The notes below the pieces were generated by a model that worked only from the letters and a program-made list of their open reading frames with translations, made no database searches and was not told where the DNA came from. A stretch of DNA of 64,000 nucleotides from positions 1,813 through 65,812 of the forward strand of contig CAYPIR010000011.1 in NCBI GenBank assembly GCA_964410905.1, given 5' to 3'. The position numbers and the translations under genes are program-made. The first letter of the stretch is position 1. The number at the start of each line of letters is the position of its first letter. Positions 28,735-38,655 of this stretch are shown piece after piece. This DNA comes from an uncultured bacterium. Lineage in GTDB: Bacteria; Omnitrophota; Omnitrophia; Omnitrophales; Aquincolibacteriaceae.

Positions 28735-31518
28735 TTGAACGCAATTTGTCTTCGTAATATTTCAACGCATAATCTAAAAAATCTTTCTATTACTCTTCCG
28801 CATAGAAAACTTTATGTCATAACAGGCGTTTCAGGTTCCGGGAAATCCTCGCTCGCGTTTGATACTCTTTACGCCGAAGGGCAGCGCCGCTACATAGAAT
28901 CCGTTTCGGCTTATGCCAGACAATTTTTGGAACGCATGCCGAAGCCGGATGTGGAATCTGCCGATGGAATTCCGCCGGCAATAGCCATTCAAGCGAAAAA
29001 TGTTATATCTAACGCGCGCTCTACAGTCGGAACGCAAACGGAAATTAATGATTATTTGCGAGCGCTTTTCTCTAGAGCCGCGACTCTGATTTGTCCCGCC
29101 TGCGAAACCTTGGTAGAAAAATCTAATCCCGCCAATGTTTTCCAATTTCTAAATAAAAATTTTTATGAGCAAATAGCGCGCGTTTTTTTTAAGACACAGC
29201 TCAATAAACGAACTCAAAAATATTTGAAAGAGACATTTGAGGAATTGGAAAGGCAGGGCTTTAGCGAGTTCTCTTTTGACGGAAAATGGGATTTGTCTGA
29301 AAATCTGATCGCAAAAATCAAATCAAAAAAAGAGATTTTAGTCGGTGTTGATAAGCTGAAAATATCAGAGGCTAATAAAGAGAGGCTTTCGGACTCGCTT
29401 GAGTCGGCGTTCAAACTTGGGCGCGGCGAGATCGGCATTGAGATAAACGCTCAAAATTATTTTTTCTCGGAAAAATTAAAATGCCACGGCTGCGGGAAAG
29501 AATTTATAGAAGCAACTTCCAATCTTTTTTCATTCAATAGCCCACTCGGCGCGTGCCCGACCTGCCAAGGTTTTGGGCGAGTGATTACTATCGATTGGGA
29601 TTTAGTTGTGCCTGATGAAACTCTTTCGTTGCAAGACGGAGCAATCGCGCCGTGGAGAACAGAAAGCGCCCGTTGGGAACAAGGACAACTTTTGGATTTT
29701 TGTGAAAGAAAACGTATATCTACTAAAAAATCTTGGAAGGATTTAAAATCGCAGCATAAAAAACAAATTTTACATGGTTCGCCGGAGGATGACTTTTACG
29801 GCGTTCAAGGGTTTTTCGACTACTTGGCAAAAAAAACTTACAAAATGCATGTGCGAATTTTTCTTAATCGTTACCGCGGCTATACGCCTTGCGATGTTTG
29901 CGGCGGTTCTCGGCTTAAGCCCGAAGCGTTGAGTTATTTGATAAACGGAAAAAATATCGCCGAAGTTCAAGCTTTGAATATTTCGGAACTTTTAAAGTTT
30001 TTGAACACGTTTATTTCGACTTATCCCAATCAAACAAAAATCGAACCAGTTATGAGAGAGCTTTTTGACAGAACGAATTTTTTAAATGATGTCGGGCTTG
30101 GATATTTGACCATGGACAGAATGTCTCGCACTCTTTCGGGAGGTGAAGTAGAACGGATTCATTTGGCAAGTTCTCTTGGCTCAGCTCTTGTGGATACACT
30201 TTATGTTTTGGATGAGCCGTCTGTAGGGCTTCATGAACGGGACAATCAGATGCTTATAGGGCTTCTGAAAAAACTGAGAGATTTAGGAAATACAGTTGTC
30301 GTAGTGGAACATGATCAAACTATGATTGAGGCGGCTGACGAAGTTTTGGATTTGGGGCCGACGGGAGGCGTTCAAGGCGGACATCTTTTGTTTCAGGGGA
30401 GCGTTGAAAATCTTAAAGCGCAAAAAAATTCACTTACGGGCGCTTACCTTTCTCATAAGAAAAAACTTTCGCGGAAAATTTTGTCCAAAACCGAAGGAAC
30501 AAGCAAAATAGAAATTTTTGGAGCAAAAGCGCACAATCTTAAAGGCATAAATGTTTCAATCCCTCTTAGAAAGTTTAGTGTTTTAACGGGCGTTTCAGGC
30601 TCTGGGAAAAGCACGTTTTTATATGAGATTCTTTACAATAATTTTTTGAAATTTAAAGGGCGTTCCGTGCCCTCGGAAGAACTTGGCGGCGTTGAGAAAA
30701 TAAAAGGTTTTGAGCATTTGTCGGATATGGTGATGATGGACCAATCGCCGCTTGGGCGTTCTCCTCGCTCTAATTCGGCAACATTTATGAAAGCGTTTGA
30801 AGACATAAGAAAAATATTCGCTAACACCGCCGAAGCACACCGGGAAGGATTTGACGCGGGACATTTTTCTTTCAATGTTGAAAGAGGCAGATGCGATGTT
30901 TGCGAAGGCGATGGCGAGGTGAAAGTCGAGATGCATTTTTTAGCGGATATATTTGTTCCTTGTGAAGAATGCGGCGGCAAACGATTTAAGTCAGAAATTT
31001 TAAAAATTAAATATAGAGGAAAAAATATTGATGATGTTTTAAATATGACGATAGATGAAGCCTTAGAGTTTTTTTCTGACAGCAAAGGGTTCGTTACTAA
31101 AATGCAGCATGTGAAAAAAATCGGACTGGGATATTTGAAATTAGGACAGTCTACTTTGACTTTGTCGGGCGGCGAAGCGCAGCGGCTTAAAATTGCTTAT
31201 GAGCTTTCCGAACGAAGAATGAGAAACATTTTATATCTTTTAGATGAGCCTACAACTGGGCTGCACGAAGACGATGTTAGATATTTGCTTGGGGCATTCG
31301 ATGAAATTTTAGCAAGAGGAGACTCCGTGCTTGTTATAGAACATCATATGGGGCTTATTAGTTTGGCAGATTACTGCATAGATTTGGGACCAGAAGGCGG
31401 AAATTTGGGCGGCGAGGTTTTGTATCAAGGTGACGCCTCGGGGCTTTTAAATTGCAAGCGTTCGTATACCGGGCAATGTCTGAAGCGTTATTTGCGCACG
31501 TATTCAAGCGCGACTTAA
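28735..31518 (+). CDS. uvrA: Excinuclease ABC subunit A
   Basis: 927 aa. TTG start. Two ABC ATPase modules (GVSGSGKSSLAFDTLYAEGQRRY, GVSGSGKSTFLYEIL), zinc-finger Cys clusters (CHGCG..C..C, CDVCEGDG...CEECGG) and signature motifs LSGGEVERI and LSGGEAQRL. Confidence 0.9.
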   Translation: MNAICLRNISTHNLKNLSITLPHRKLYVITGVSGSGKSSLAFDTLYAEGQRRYIESVSAYARQFLERMPKPDVESADGIPPAIAIQAKNVISNARSTVGTQTEINDYLRALFSRAATLICPACETLVEKSNPANVFQFLNKNFYEQIARVFFKTQLNKRTQKYLKETFEELERQGFSEFSFDGKWDLSENLIAKIKSKKEILVGVDKLKISEANKERLSDSLESAFKLGRGEIGIEINAQNYFFSEKLKCHGCGKEFIEATSNLFSFNSPLGACPTCQGFGRVITIDWDLVVPDETLSLQDGAIAPWRTESARWEQGQLLDFCERKRISTKKSWKDLKSQHKKQILHGSPEDDFYGVQGFFDYLAKKTYKMHVRIFLNRYRGYTPCDVCGGSRLKPEALSYLINGKNIAEVQALNISELLKFLNTFISTYPNQTKIEPVMRELFDRTNFLNDVGLGYLTMDRMSRTLSGGEVERIHLASSLGSALVDTLYVLDEPSVGLHERDNQMLIGLLKKLRDLGNTVVVVEHDQTMIEAADEVLDLGPTGGVQGGHLLFQGSVENLKAQKNSLTGAYLSHKKKLSRKILSKTEGTSKIEIFGAKAHNLKGINVSIPLRKFSVLTGVSGSGKSTFLYEILYNNFLKFKGRSVPSEELGGVEKIKGFEHLSDMVMMDQSPLGRSPRSNSATFMKAFEDIRKIFANTAEAHREGFDAGHFSFNVERGRCDVCEGDGEVKVEMHFLADIFVPCEECGGKRFKSEILKIKYRGKNIDDVLNMTIDEALEFFSDSKGFVTKMQHVKKIGLGYLKLGQSTLTLSGGEAQRLKIAYELSERRMRNILYLLDEPTTGLHEDDVRYLLGAFDEILARGDSVLVIEHHMGLISLADYCIDLGPEGGNLGGEVLYQGDASGLLNCKRSYTGQCLKRYLRTYSSAT

Positions 31519-31653
31519 TTTGCCGTGATTTTCGAGAGATGAGCCGCTTTGTGATATCAAAATGGTCAACGCCGTCTGCGTTGATGAAAATAAGCGGGTT
31601 TTATAAATGGAACAGTTATTGCTAAACAAATTCTCATAAGGCATACTTGCGAT

Positions 31654-32061
31654 ATGAAAAAACAAATTTTGATTTCGCTTATTTTACTATGTCTGGCCTG
31701 TCTCAATCTTGCCTCGGTTCGTAAAAACGAAGATCCAATTTTAAATACTCAAGCCGAAGGCGTTCTTTATCGGCAGAAAATGGAAGAAGAAAAAGACGGA
31801 GTAAAAGGGCCGCTTCTTTATCATGTCCGCAACAATCCGAGCGACACATTTTTTATTGACCCGCCATTCGCAAAAGACACTTCAAGTGAATATAGTTATG
31901 AAAAATCTGATAGCGCGGTCGGACGGGAAGATGTTAACTCGTGGTGGGATGACTCCAGCGATGATAATGCTTTAGAGGGCGAAAAAGGAGGATCATATAC
32001 TTCTGAGCGAACAGTTGAAGAAGCCGCAAACGATAGCTCTAATGACGATGGTTGGTGGTAG
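31654..32061 (+). CDS. Small secreted acidic protein (hypothetical, 135 aa)
   Basis: Signal peptide MKKQILISLILLCLACLNLASV followed by a D/E/S-rich sequence ending DDGWW. No recognisable domain. Confidence 0.35.
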   Translation: MKKQILISLILLCLACLNLASVRKNEDPILNTQAEGVLYRQKMEEEKDGVKGPLLYHVRNNPSDTFFIDPPFAKDTSSEYSYEKSDSAVGREDVNSWWDDSSDDNALEGEKGGSYTSERTVEEAANDSSNDDGWW

Positions 32062-32205
32062 GTGGTTTTTTTATAAAAGATGTTTTGACCGGAACTTTCA
32101 GTTATTTTAAATTGTCTGTTATAGAAATAGATTTAATTTACGGTTATAATCCGCGAACTTTGTCTTTATCAAATCCAAACAAGCACTTTTAAAAAGGCGG
32201 TTTTT

Positions 32206-33870
32206 ATGAATAAATGGCGCAGGTGGAAACTTTTCATAATGGATCATTGGGTCAAGGTCGCGATTATCAGCGCGGCGCTTATTTTGGTTTTGGCTTCTAT
32301 TTGGGGCATGGCTTCCCTAGAAAGTTATTACCGTAACATTACTCTCGCCCAACTTCCTCTGCAGATTTTGATGGTGATTATCAACTCCGTCATTTTTGTC
32401 TATTTATATATGATAGTTTTTCGCGGCGGATTTTCCAAAATGGACAAAAAAAATATCAAATCCAATCAAGTAAATGTCCATTTTTCCGATGTGCTTGGCA
32501 TCGATGAAGCAAAGGACGAATGCTGGGAAGTCGTACAGCTTATCAAAGATCACGCCCGCTTAAAAAAAATCGGCGGAAAAATCCTTAGAGGTATTTTGAT
32601 GATGGGACCTCCCGGCTGCGGAAAAACTTATTTAGCAAAAGCAATTGCTACTGAATCTGGACTTCCATTTATATCAATGGCGGCGAGCGAATTTAATGAG
32701 ATTTTTGTTGGCGTGGGCGCCAGCCGCGTCCGTCAACTTTTCAAAAAAGCGCAGCGTTTGGCATACGGCTTTGGAGGCTGTATTGTTTTTATAGACGAGC
32801 TTGACGCTATGGGACAACGCCGCACGTTCAACCAGTTCGGAAGCGGTGAAGGGAACACTACGCAAAACCAATTGCTTGTCGCGATGGACGGACTAAATGA
32901 AAAGTCCGAAAATATCGTTGTAATTGGCGCGACTAATGCCGCTGAAGATGTCCTCGACCCCGCGCTTCTTAGGCCGGGAAGATTTGACAGAAAAGTTTAT
33001 ATTAAAAAACCAAATCTTGAAGGGCGCGAGTCGCTTTTTAAGTTTTATTTGAGCCGAGTAAAATACGATGCTTCAGTTGACTGCAAACGCTTGGCAAGAA
33101 AAGCGGTTGATAAATCGCCCGCAGATATCGAAAACATTGTTAAAGAATCCGCGCTTATTGCCACGCGAAATAAACGAGATGTCATTAGCCTTCGTGATAT
33201 TACGGAAGCTATTGAAAGAATTGAACTTGGCGTGAAGCAGAAACTTACAATAAATGCCAAAGAGCGGGAAATGACGGCGTATCACGAAACTGGACATTTG
33301 ATTGTTACATATCTTTTGCATCCGCGTAACGATGTTTTTAAAGCGTCAATCATCCCGAGAAAATCATCGCTTGGAGTGGTTCATCCAACACCGATAGAGG
33401 AATGGCATAGCCAAGACCGCGAAACGTTGATGGCGCAGATTAAAGTTTGTGTCGCGAGTTATGTTGCTGAAAAACTTAAATTTGGAACAACGACAACAGG
33501 TGTCGGCGGAGGTCCAGGAAGTGATTTTTATCAAGCCTCCGGTATTGCCAACGCAATGGTTTGGCGGTTTGGCATGGGACCATCGGGGATGGTTGGCGAC
33601 TATACCGTAAATTTTCAGCTTTTATCAGAAGAAATCAAGACTCGACTTAACCAAGATGTGGACAAAATTTTGAAAGAAGCGATGTTGGATGTTGAAAATC
33701 TTCTTAAAAAAGAAAACGCTCTTTTTGAGCGGTTCGCAAAACTTCTCATTGAGAAGCAAGAACTTGATTACGATGAAATCGAAGCGGTGTTTGCTGAATT
33801 TGGCAAAGTCAATCCCCGCAGAGCTCATTTGTTAGAATCTTCCAATAGCGCGTATCTTCCTAAGGAATAA
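32206..33870 (+). CDS. FtsH-like membrane AAA+ zinc metalloprotease with a minimal periplasmic loop
   Basis: Two N-terminal TM helices. AAA module with Walker A GPPGCGKT, Walker B IVFIDELDA and second region of homology (ATNAAEDVLDPALLRPGRFDR). M41 peptidase HEXXH (AYHETGHLIV). Confidence 0.8.
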   Translation: MNKWRRWKLFIMDHWVKVAIISAALILVLASIWGMASLESYYRNITLAQLPLQILMVIINSVIFVYLYMIVFRGGFSKMDKKNIKSNQVNVHFSDVLGIDEAKDECWEVVQLIKDHARLKKIGGKILRGILMMGPPGCGKTYLAKAIATESGLPFISMAASEFNEIFVGVGASRVRQLFKKAQRLAYGFGGCIVFIDELDAMGQRRTFNQFGSGEGNTTQNQLLVAMDGLNEKSENIVVIGATNAAEDVLDPALLRPGRFDRKVYIKKPNLEGRESLFKFYLSRVKYDASVDCKRLARKAVDKSPADIENIVKESALIATRNKRDVISLRDITEAIERIELGVKQKLTINAKEREMTAYHETGHLIVTYLLHPRNDVFKASIIPRKSSLGVVHPTPIEEWHSQDRETLMAQIKVCVASYVAEKLKFGTTTTGVGGGPGSDFYQASGIANAMVWRFGMGPSGMVGDYTVNFQLLSEEIKTRLNQDVDKILKEAMLDVENLLKKENALFERFAKLLIEKQELDYDEIEAVFAEFGKVNPRRAHLLESSNSAYLPKE

Positions 33871-33883
33871 GGTAAAAATATTT

Positions 33884-35269
33884 ATGGGGCGAATTCGGGC
33901 TTTAAAATTTACCGCGTTCGCCCCTTTTTTATGTCTTATTTTAGCGGCCTCTTTTTTAAGTGGCTGCGGACAAGCGACTTTCCCCGAAGAAAAACTTAAG
34001 CGGTCTCTCCAAGAAATAGCTCTCAAAGAATATTCCATTCCCAATATTGAAGTGGAATTCAAAGGAACAACGCTGGGCGTTTACTTACCTCTTAAAAATT
34101 TGTTTGCTATGGATTTTAAAGAGGCGATTTTAAAAGGAGAAGAATTGGATATGGAAACTCTTTTTAGGCCAAGCGAAGAAGCGGTTGGGCAAGTGGAAGA
34201 TATTCTTTTCTCTATGTCGCGGGTGATGCTTAGCACAGATAAAAAAATAGAGTTTTATTATCTGCAGGCAACCGACGGCGAAAAATCTGCGATGGATTTG
34301 ACGTTTCTTGGGCATATTGATGACCTTAAGCGTGTCAGATTTTGGGATATCCCCAGAAGCGAATATCGAAAACGTATTATTCATGATATGGGGATAAACC
34401 GCGCCGTGCTGCAGCACAGACCCGTTAAGAATTTTTTTAAAGATTTAAACGAGGCGGATCTTAAAACGATAGAAAAAAAATATTTCTCTAAAAAAAATAA
34501 AGAGAAATGGGAAAAAGAGTTCTTTTTTGTTGATTATAAAGGAAAAAAACTTGAATACGGCATTGTGTCTTGGGCTGTTTTAGATATGCGCAGCATACCG
34601 CTTGAGGACGGGAAAGTTGCCGTTTATGTTAAAGTGTTTTTTGCTCCAAAAGAATCGGGCGTATCGGCAAGCATTGAAGGCGAGAGGGAATTTGTTTTTA
34701 TTGTTTCGGCAAGTTTAGGTCAAAACGCGGTAATCACGCAAATTATTCCTATGACGGAACTTGATAAAATGGAAGCGCCGTCTGATTTCGCGTTTACCCG
34801 CGAGGCGATTTATGAAAGTTTGCCTGGTTGGGAGCGTGATTTTGAAACTCCTGATATGACTATGGAAAAGTTCTTGTCCCTTCAAATTACACGCCGCTGC
34901 CAGGAGTTATTAATGAAAGACGAGAGAATTTTTAATACTTTTTCCGACGCCAAAGGGGCGTTCCGCTTTGAGCAAGCTCGAGAGCCGAGATTTATTTTTG
35001 AATCAATGGCGCTTCTGAAAGATAAAAAACAAAAAATCGTGTCAGACGATGGCTCGATTAACGAAGACATTTTATATTTGTGGAGCACCGTCGCACGAGA
35101 ATTTGTTGATGTTCTTCATAGTTATGGATTTGAAAACTATATATCGCTTGATTTTCAAACCACAGGCGAGGATGATAAATTGACGACGCGGACGGCAAAC
35201 AAAAGAGATCTGGAGCTTTTTCGTAAAAATAAAAAATCTCTAAAAGATGCTTTGATAGATCTGAATTAA
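33884..35269 (+). CDS. Lipoprotein of unknown function (461 aa)
   Basis: Signal peptide with lipobox FLSGCG. No recognisable catalytic motif. Lies directly downstream of the ftsH-like gene. Confidence 0.45.
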   Translation: MGRIRALKFTAFAPFLCLILAASFLSGCGQATFPEEKLKRSLQEIALKEYSIPNIEVEFKGTTLGVYLPLKNLFAMDFKEAILKGEELDMETLFRPSEEAVGQVEDILFSMSRVMLSTDKKIEFYYLQATDGEKSAMDLTFLGHIDDLKRVRFWDIPRSEYRKRIIHDMGINRAVLQHRPVKNFFKDLNEADLKTIEKKYFSKKNKEKWEKEFFFVDYKGKKLEYGIVSWAVLDMRSIPLEDGKVAVYVKVFFAPKESGVSASIEGEREFVFIVSASLGQNAVITQIIPMTELDKMEAPSDFAFTREAIYESLPGWERDFETPDMTMEKFLSLQITRRCQELLMKDERIFNTFSDAKGAFRFEQAREPRFIFESMALLKDKKQKIVSDDGSINEDILYLWSTVAREFVDVLHSYGFENYISLDFQTTGEDDKLTTRTANKRDLELFRKNKKSLKDALIDLN

Positions 35270-35523
35270 AACTCCGATTGCCTTTCAGCTGTTTACTAGC
35301 TCAAACAGTGAAATTTTTCTTACTCAAAAGTTGCGTAACAAAAATGTTTATGATATAGTCCGTTTCCCTTTAGCCCCATTTTGGCTAAAATACCGTCCCC
35401 GCTTTTGTGGCTTCTGCTTACGAGACGAACGGAAAGTTATCATTTAAGTTAAAATATATGTTTTTTTGTTGCGATAACTGTCGCAATGTCTAAAAATACA
35501 AGCTGTTATTAGAGGAGCAAGCA

Positions 35524-35868
35524 ATGAAAAAATACGAAGGTTTGTTTATTTTCCCGCCTGAAGTTACAAGCGATTCGGCGAAAGATTCTACAGCTGAAGT
35601 GACAAAATGGATTGAAAAGTTCCAAGGCAAGGTTCTGCAGGCAAACGATCTTGGCAAAAAGTCCCTTGGGCATTTGATTGGGAAATATCGAGAAGGGCGA
35701 ACATTCGTTTTTGAATATGAGATGCCAGCTTCTCAGACACAGGCATTTAGAAAAGACCTTGAACTTCAAGAAGGGCTTTTGAAATATATGATAACATTCC
35801 CCTCTGGAAAACCTACTTTGCCTCCAGTAACTGTCGCGGTTGATGACTTGGCGGAAGAGCAGGAATAA
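35524..35868 (+). CDS. rpsF: 30S ribosomal protein S6
   Basis: MKKYEGLFIFPPE N-terminus typical of S6. 114 aa. Followed by ssb-rpsR-rplI. Confidence 0.8.
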   Translation: MKKYEGLFIFPPEVTSDSAKDSTAEVTKWIEKFQGKVLQANDLGKKSLGHLIGKYREGRTFVFEYEMPASQTQAFRKDLELQEGLLKYMITFPSGKPTLPPVTVAVDDLAEEQE

Positions 35869-35886
35869 AAATAGGCGAGATATCTT

Positions 35887-36348
35887 ATGGCGACATTAAA
35901 TAAAGTAATGCTAATTGGAAATCTTACAAGAGATCCCGAAATGCGTTACATTCCTTCAGGACAGCCTGTAACGCAGTTTTCTATAGCGGTAAGCCGTAGA
36001 TACAAATCTAAGTCGGGTGAAGCGAAAGAGGAAGTTTCATTTATTCGTATTGTCGCGTGGAGTCGTCTCGCGGAAATCTGCAATGAGTATCTTAAAAAAG
36101 GACGGCCTGTATTTGTAGAGGGAAGAATTCAAGTCCGTAATTATGACGCGCAAGATGGAACCAAAAGAAGTGTTACTGAAATTATCGCGGACAATATCCA
36201 ACTCCTCGGTTCAAAACAAGGCGGCGGAGCGGGACAAGGCGAAGGGATACCTTCTGTAGACGTTGATGACAGCGCGTTTGAAGTCCCTAAAAATACAAAT
36301 TCTTTTTCAAATGATGAACTTAAACCCGATGAGGATGTTCCTTTTTAA
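35887..36348 (+). CDS. ssb: Single-stranded DNA-binding protein
   Basis: LNKVMLIGNLTRDPEMRY..G..V..FSIAV OB-fold signature, a Gly-rich linker and the acidic C-terminal tip DEDVPF. Confidence 0.85.
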   Translation: MATLNKVMLIGNLTRDPEMRYIPSGQPVTQFSIAVSRRYKSKSGEAKEEVSFIRIVAWSRLAEICNEYLKKGRPVFVEGRIQVRNYDAQDGTKRSVTEIIADNIQLLGSKQGGGAGQGEGIPSVDVDDSAFEVPKNTNSFSNDELKPDEDVPF

Positions 36349-36380
36349 TCGGCTAGACAGGGAAATGCTAAGGAAATACT

Positions 36381-36701
36381 ATGGAACCTAGACCTTCTTC
36401 TCGATTTTCTAAAGATAACAAAAAAAAGCCATTTAACAAAAACGCGCGCGGGCCTAAAAAAGGCGAAAAAAAGTTTTCTTCGTCGGAGCGTTCAAACCGT
36501 TCGCCCCGCAAACGTGTTCGTCGCGTGCTTCCGCCTATAGATTACAAAGACGTTGACGCTCTTTCGAAATTCATCACAGAAAAAGGGAAAATTCTTCCTC
36601 GACGTATTACGCGCCTTAGCGCGAAAGATCAACGCGAATTGACAAGACTTATTAAAAAATCGAGACACTCGGGACTTTTGGCCTTCCAAGCCAATTACTA
36701 A
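36381..36701 (+). CDS. rpsR: 30S ribosomal protein S18
   Basis: [48 protein letters not shown] is canonical S18. It has a basic N-terminal extension. Confidence 0.85.
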   Translation: MEPRPSSRFSKDNKKKPFNKNARGPKKGEKKFSSSERSNRSPRKRVRRVLPPIDYKDVDALSKFITEKGKILPRRITRLSAKDQRELTRLIKKSRHSGLLAFQANY

Positions 36702-36750
36702 TCGTAAACGGTTAAAGTTGATTAAACGAAAATAAAGGGGAATAGAGACA

Positions 36751-37203
36751 ATGGAATTGTTGCTTTTAAAAGATGTGGCGGATGTTGGAAAAAAAGGCGA
36801 TGTTGTTCGTGTTCGTGACGGCCACGCGAGAAATTTTTTGATTCCTCGCGATCTAGCGATTCCGGCGACTCGCGCCAATAAGCAATTTTTTGCAGAGCAT
36901 CGCGCGCGCAGTGTTGCCCGCAAAACTAAAGAAAAAGAAGCTGCGGAAAAACGGGCTAAGGATCTTAAAGATTTAACCATTCGTCTTGAAGTTAAAGCTG
37001 GCGAAGGCGAAAAACTTTTTGGCTCTGTTACGGCGGAAGACATACGGTTTGAACTCGAAAAATTGGGACATATTTTTGAAAAGAAACAGGTTCGTGTTAA
37101 AGGCGCTTTGAAAACTCTTGGGACGCATCAAGTTGACTTGGAAATTTACCCGCAAGTAAAAACGCGATTAACTATAGAACTTGTTCGCCAGCCGGAAGCC
37201 TAA
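36751..37203 (+). CDS. rplI: 50S ribosomal protein L9
   Basis: MELLLLKDVADVGKKGDVVRVRDGHARNFLIP N-terminus is canonical L9. 150 aa. Confidence 0.85.
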   Translation: MELLLLKDVADVGKKGDVVRVRDGHARNFLIPRDLAIPATRANKQFFAEHRARSVARKTKEKEAAEKRAKDLKDLTIRLEVKAGEGEKLFGSVTAEDIRFELEKLGHIFEKKQVRVKGALKTLGTHQVDLEIYPQVKTRLTIELVRQPEA

Positions 37204-37290
37204 TTTTTGCGGGAAGGTAGTTTTTTTTCGGGATAGATAAGTCATAAATATCTTTTAAATCATCCTGCTTTAATTTCTCCAAAAGGGGCT

Positions 37291-38655
37291 TTGAATGTGG
37301 AAGTAAAGACAACAGTAAATCTTCAGACAAAGCGACCTCCTCAGAATATCGAAGCGGAAATGAGCGTTTTAGGTGCGATGTTCATTGACGCCGAGGCGAT
37401 TGACCACGCTATAGAAATTCTTCGTCCGGAATATTTTTATGATTCTCGCCATCAAAATATTTTTCAAGTAATACTCGACCTTTCTTCGCGTAACCACCCC
37501 GTAGATCTTATTTCCGTTTCTGACGCTTTAGAAAAAAATGGACAATTAGATTTTGTTGGAGGAAAAACATATTTGATGCAGCTTCAGGAAATGGTCCCGA
37601 CCGCGGCGAATGTTGAATATTATTCCAAAATAGTTAAGGAGAAAGCTCTTCTCAGGGAATTGATTCGTTCGGCCACGGAAATTGTTCAAGAAGGTTTGGA
37701 GTCCGATGGAGACGCGAAACAAATTATAGAAGACGCTGAGAAAAGAATTTTTGAAATTGGGCAATCTCAAATTAGCAAACGAGCAGTCCCGATAAATGAG
37801 ATTATTAACAGCACAATTGAAACCATTGAAATGCTCTCGCAAAGAAAAGAAGCGATAACGGGGCTCGCGACCGGTTTTCGAGATTTTGATAAAAAAACCG
37901 CAGGATTGCAACCGTCAGATTTAATTATTATCGCGGGGCGGCCGTCTATGGGAAAATCGGCTTTCGCCGGCTCTATTTGCGAACACGTGGCGGTTCATCT
38001 TAAAAAGGGTGTTGCCATTTTCTCTCTTGAAATGAGTAAAGAACAGCTTGTCCAAAGAATGCTTTGTTCCCAGGCTATGGTTGAGTTGTCGCGCGTTAGA
38101 AACGGATATTTGTCAGGCGAAGATTGGAGCAAATTGACTTTGGCCGCGGGCAAATTATCCGAGTCGCCGATTTTTATAGATGACGCGCCGGGGCAAACGG
38201 TTTTGGAAATTAGAGCAAAGGCAAGACGGCTTAAAATGAAACACGATATTTCACTAATTGTGATAGACTATCTCCAGTTTATACAGTCGGCGAAGCGAGC
38301 CGAAAATCGTCAGCAGGAAATCTCGGAAATTTCTCGTTCTCTTAAGGCTTTGGCACGTGAGCTTCGCGTGCCTGTAATTGCCGTAAGTCAACTTTCTCGT
38401 CAAGTGGAACAACGAACTGGCAATCGCCCGCAACTATCAGACCTTCGCGAGTCGGGAGCAATTGAGCAAGACGCTGACGTGGTTGTGCTTCTTTTTAGAG
38501 AAGATTATTATAAAGAAACCGAAGAAAATAAAAACAAAGTAACGGCTATTATAGGTAAGCAGCGTAACGGTCCTACGGGAAGTGTTGACCTAATGTTTCT
38601 CAAAGAATTTACGCGCTTTGCTGATTTGGACACCGAACATCAGGAGGATTTTTAA
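37291..38655 (+). CDS. dnaB: Replicative DNA helicase
   Basis: PPQNIEAEMSVLGAMFID N-terminal domain, Walker A GRPSMGKSAFAG, and IVIDYLQFI and SQLSRQVEQR motifs. The stop overlaps the bamA start. Confidence 0.9.
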   Translation: MNVEVKTTVNLQTKRPPQNIEAEMSVLGAMFIDAEAIDHAIEILRPEYFYDSRHQNIFQVILDLSSRNHPVDLISVSDALEKNGQLDFVGGKTYLMQLQEMVPTAANVEYYSKIVKEKALLRELIRSATEIVQEGLESDGDAKQIIEDAEKRIFEIGQSQISKRAVPINEIINSTIETIEMLSQRKEAITGLATGFRDFDKKTAGLQPSDLIIIAGRPSMGKSAFAGSICEHVAVHLKKGVAIFSLEMSKEQLVQRMLCSQAMVELSRVRNGYLSGEDWSKLTLAAGKLSESPIFIDDAPGQTVLEIRAKARRLKMKHDISLIVIDYLQFIQSAKRAENRQQEISEISRSLKALARELRVPVIAVSQLSRQVEQRTGNRPQLSDLRESGAIEQDADVVVLLFREDYYKETEENKNKVTAIIGKQRNGPTGSVDLMFLKEFTRFADLDTEHQEDF

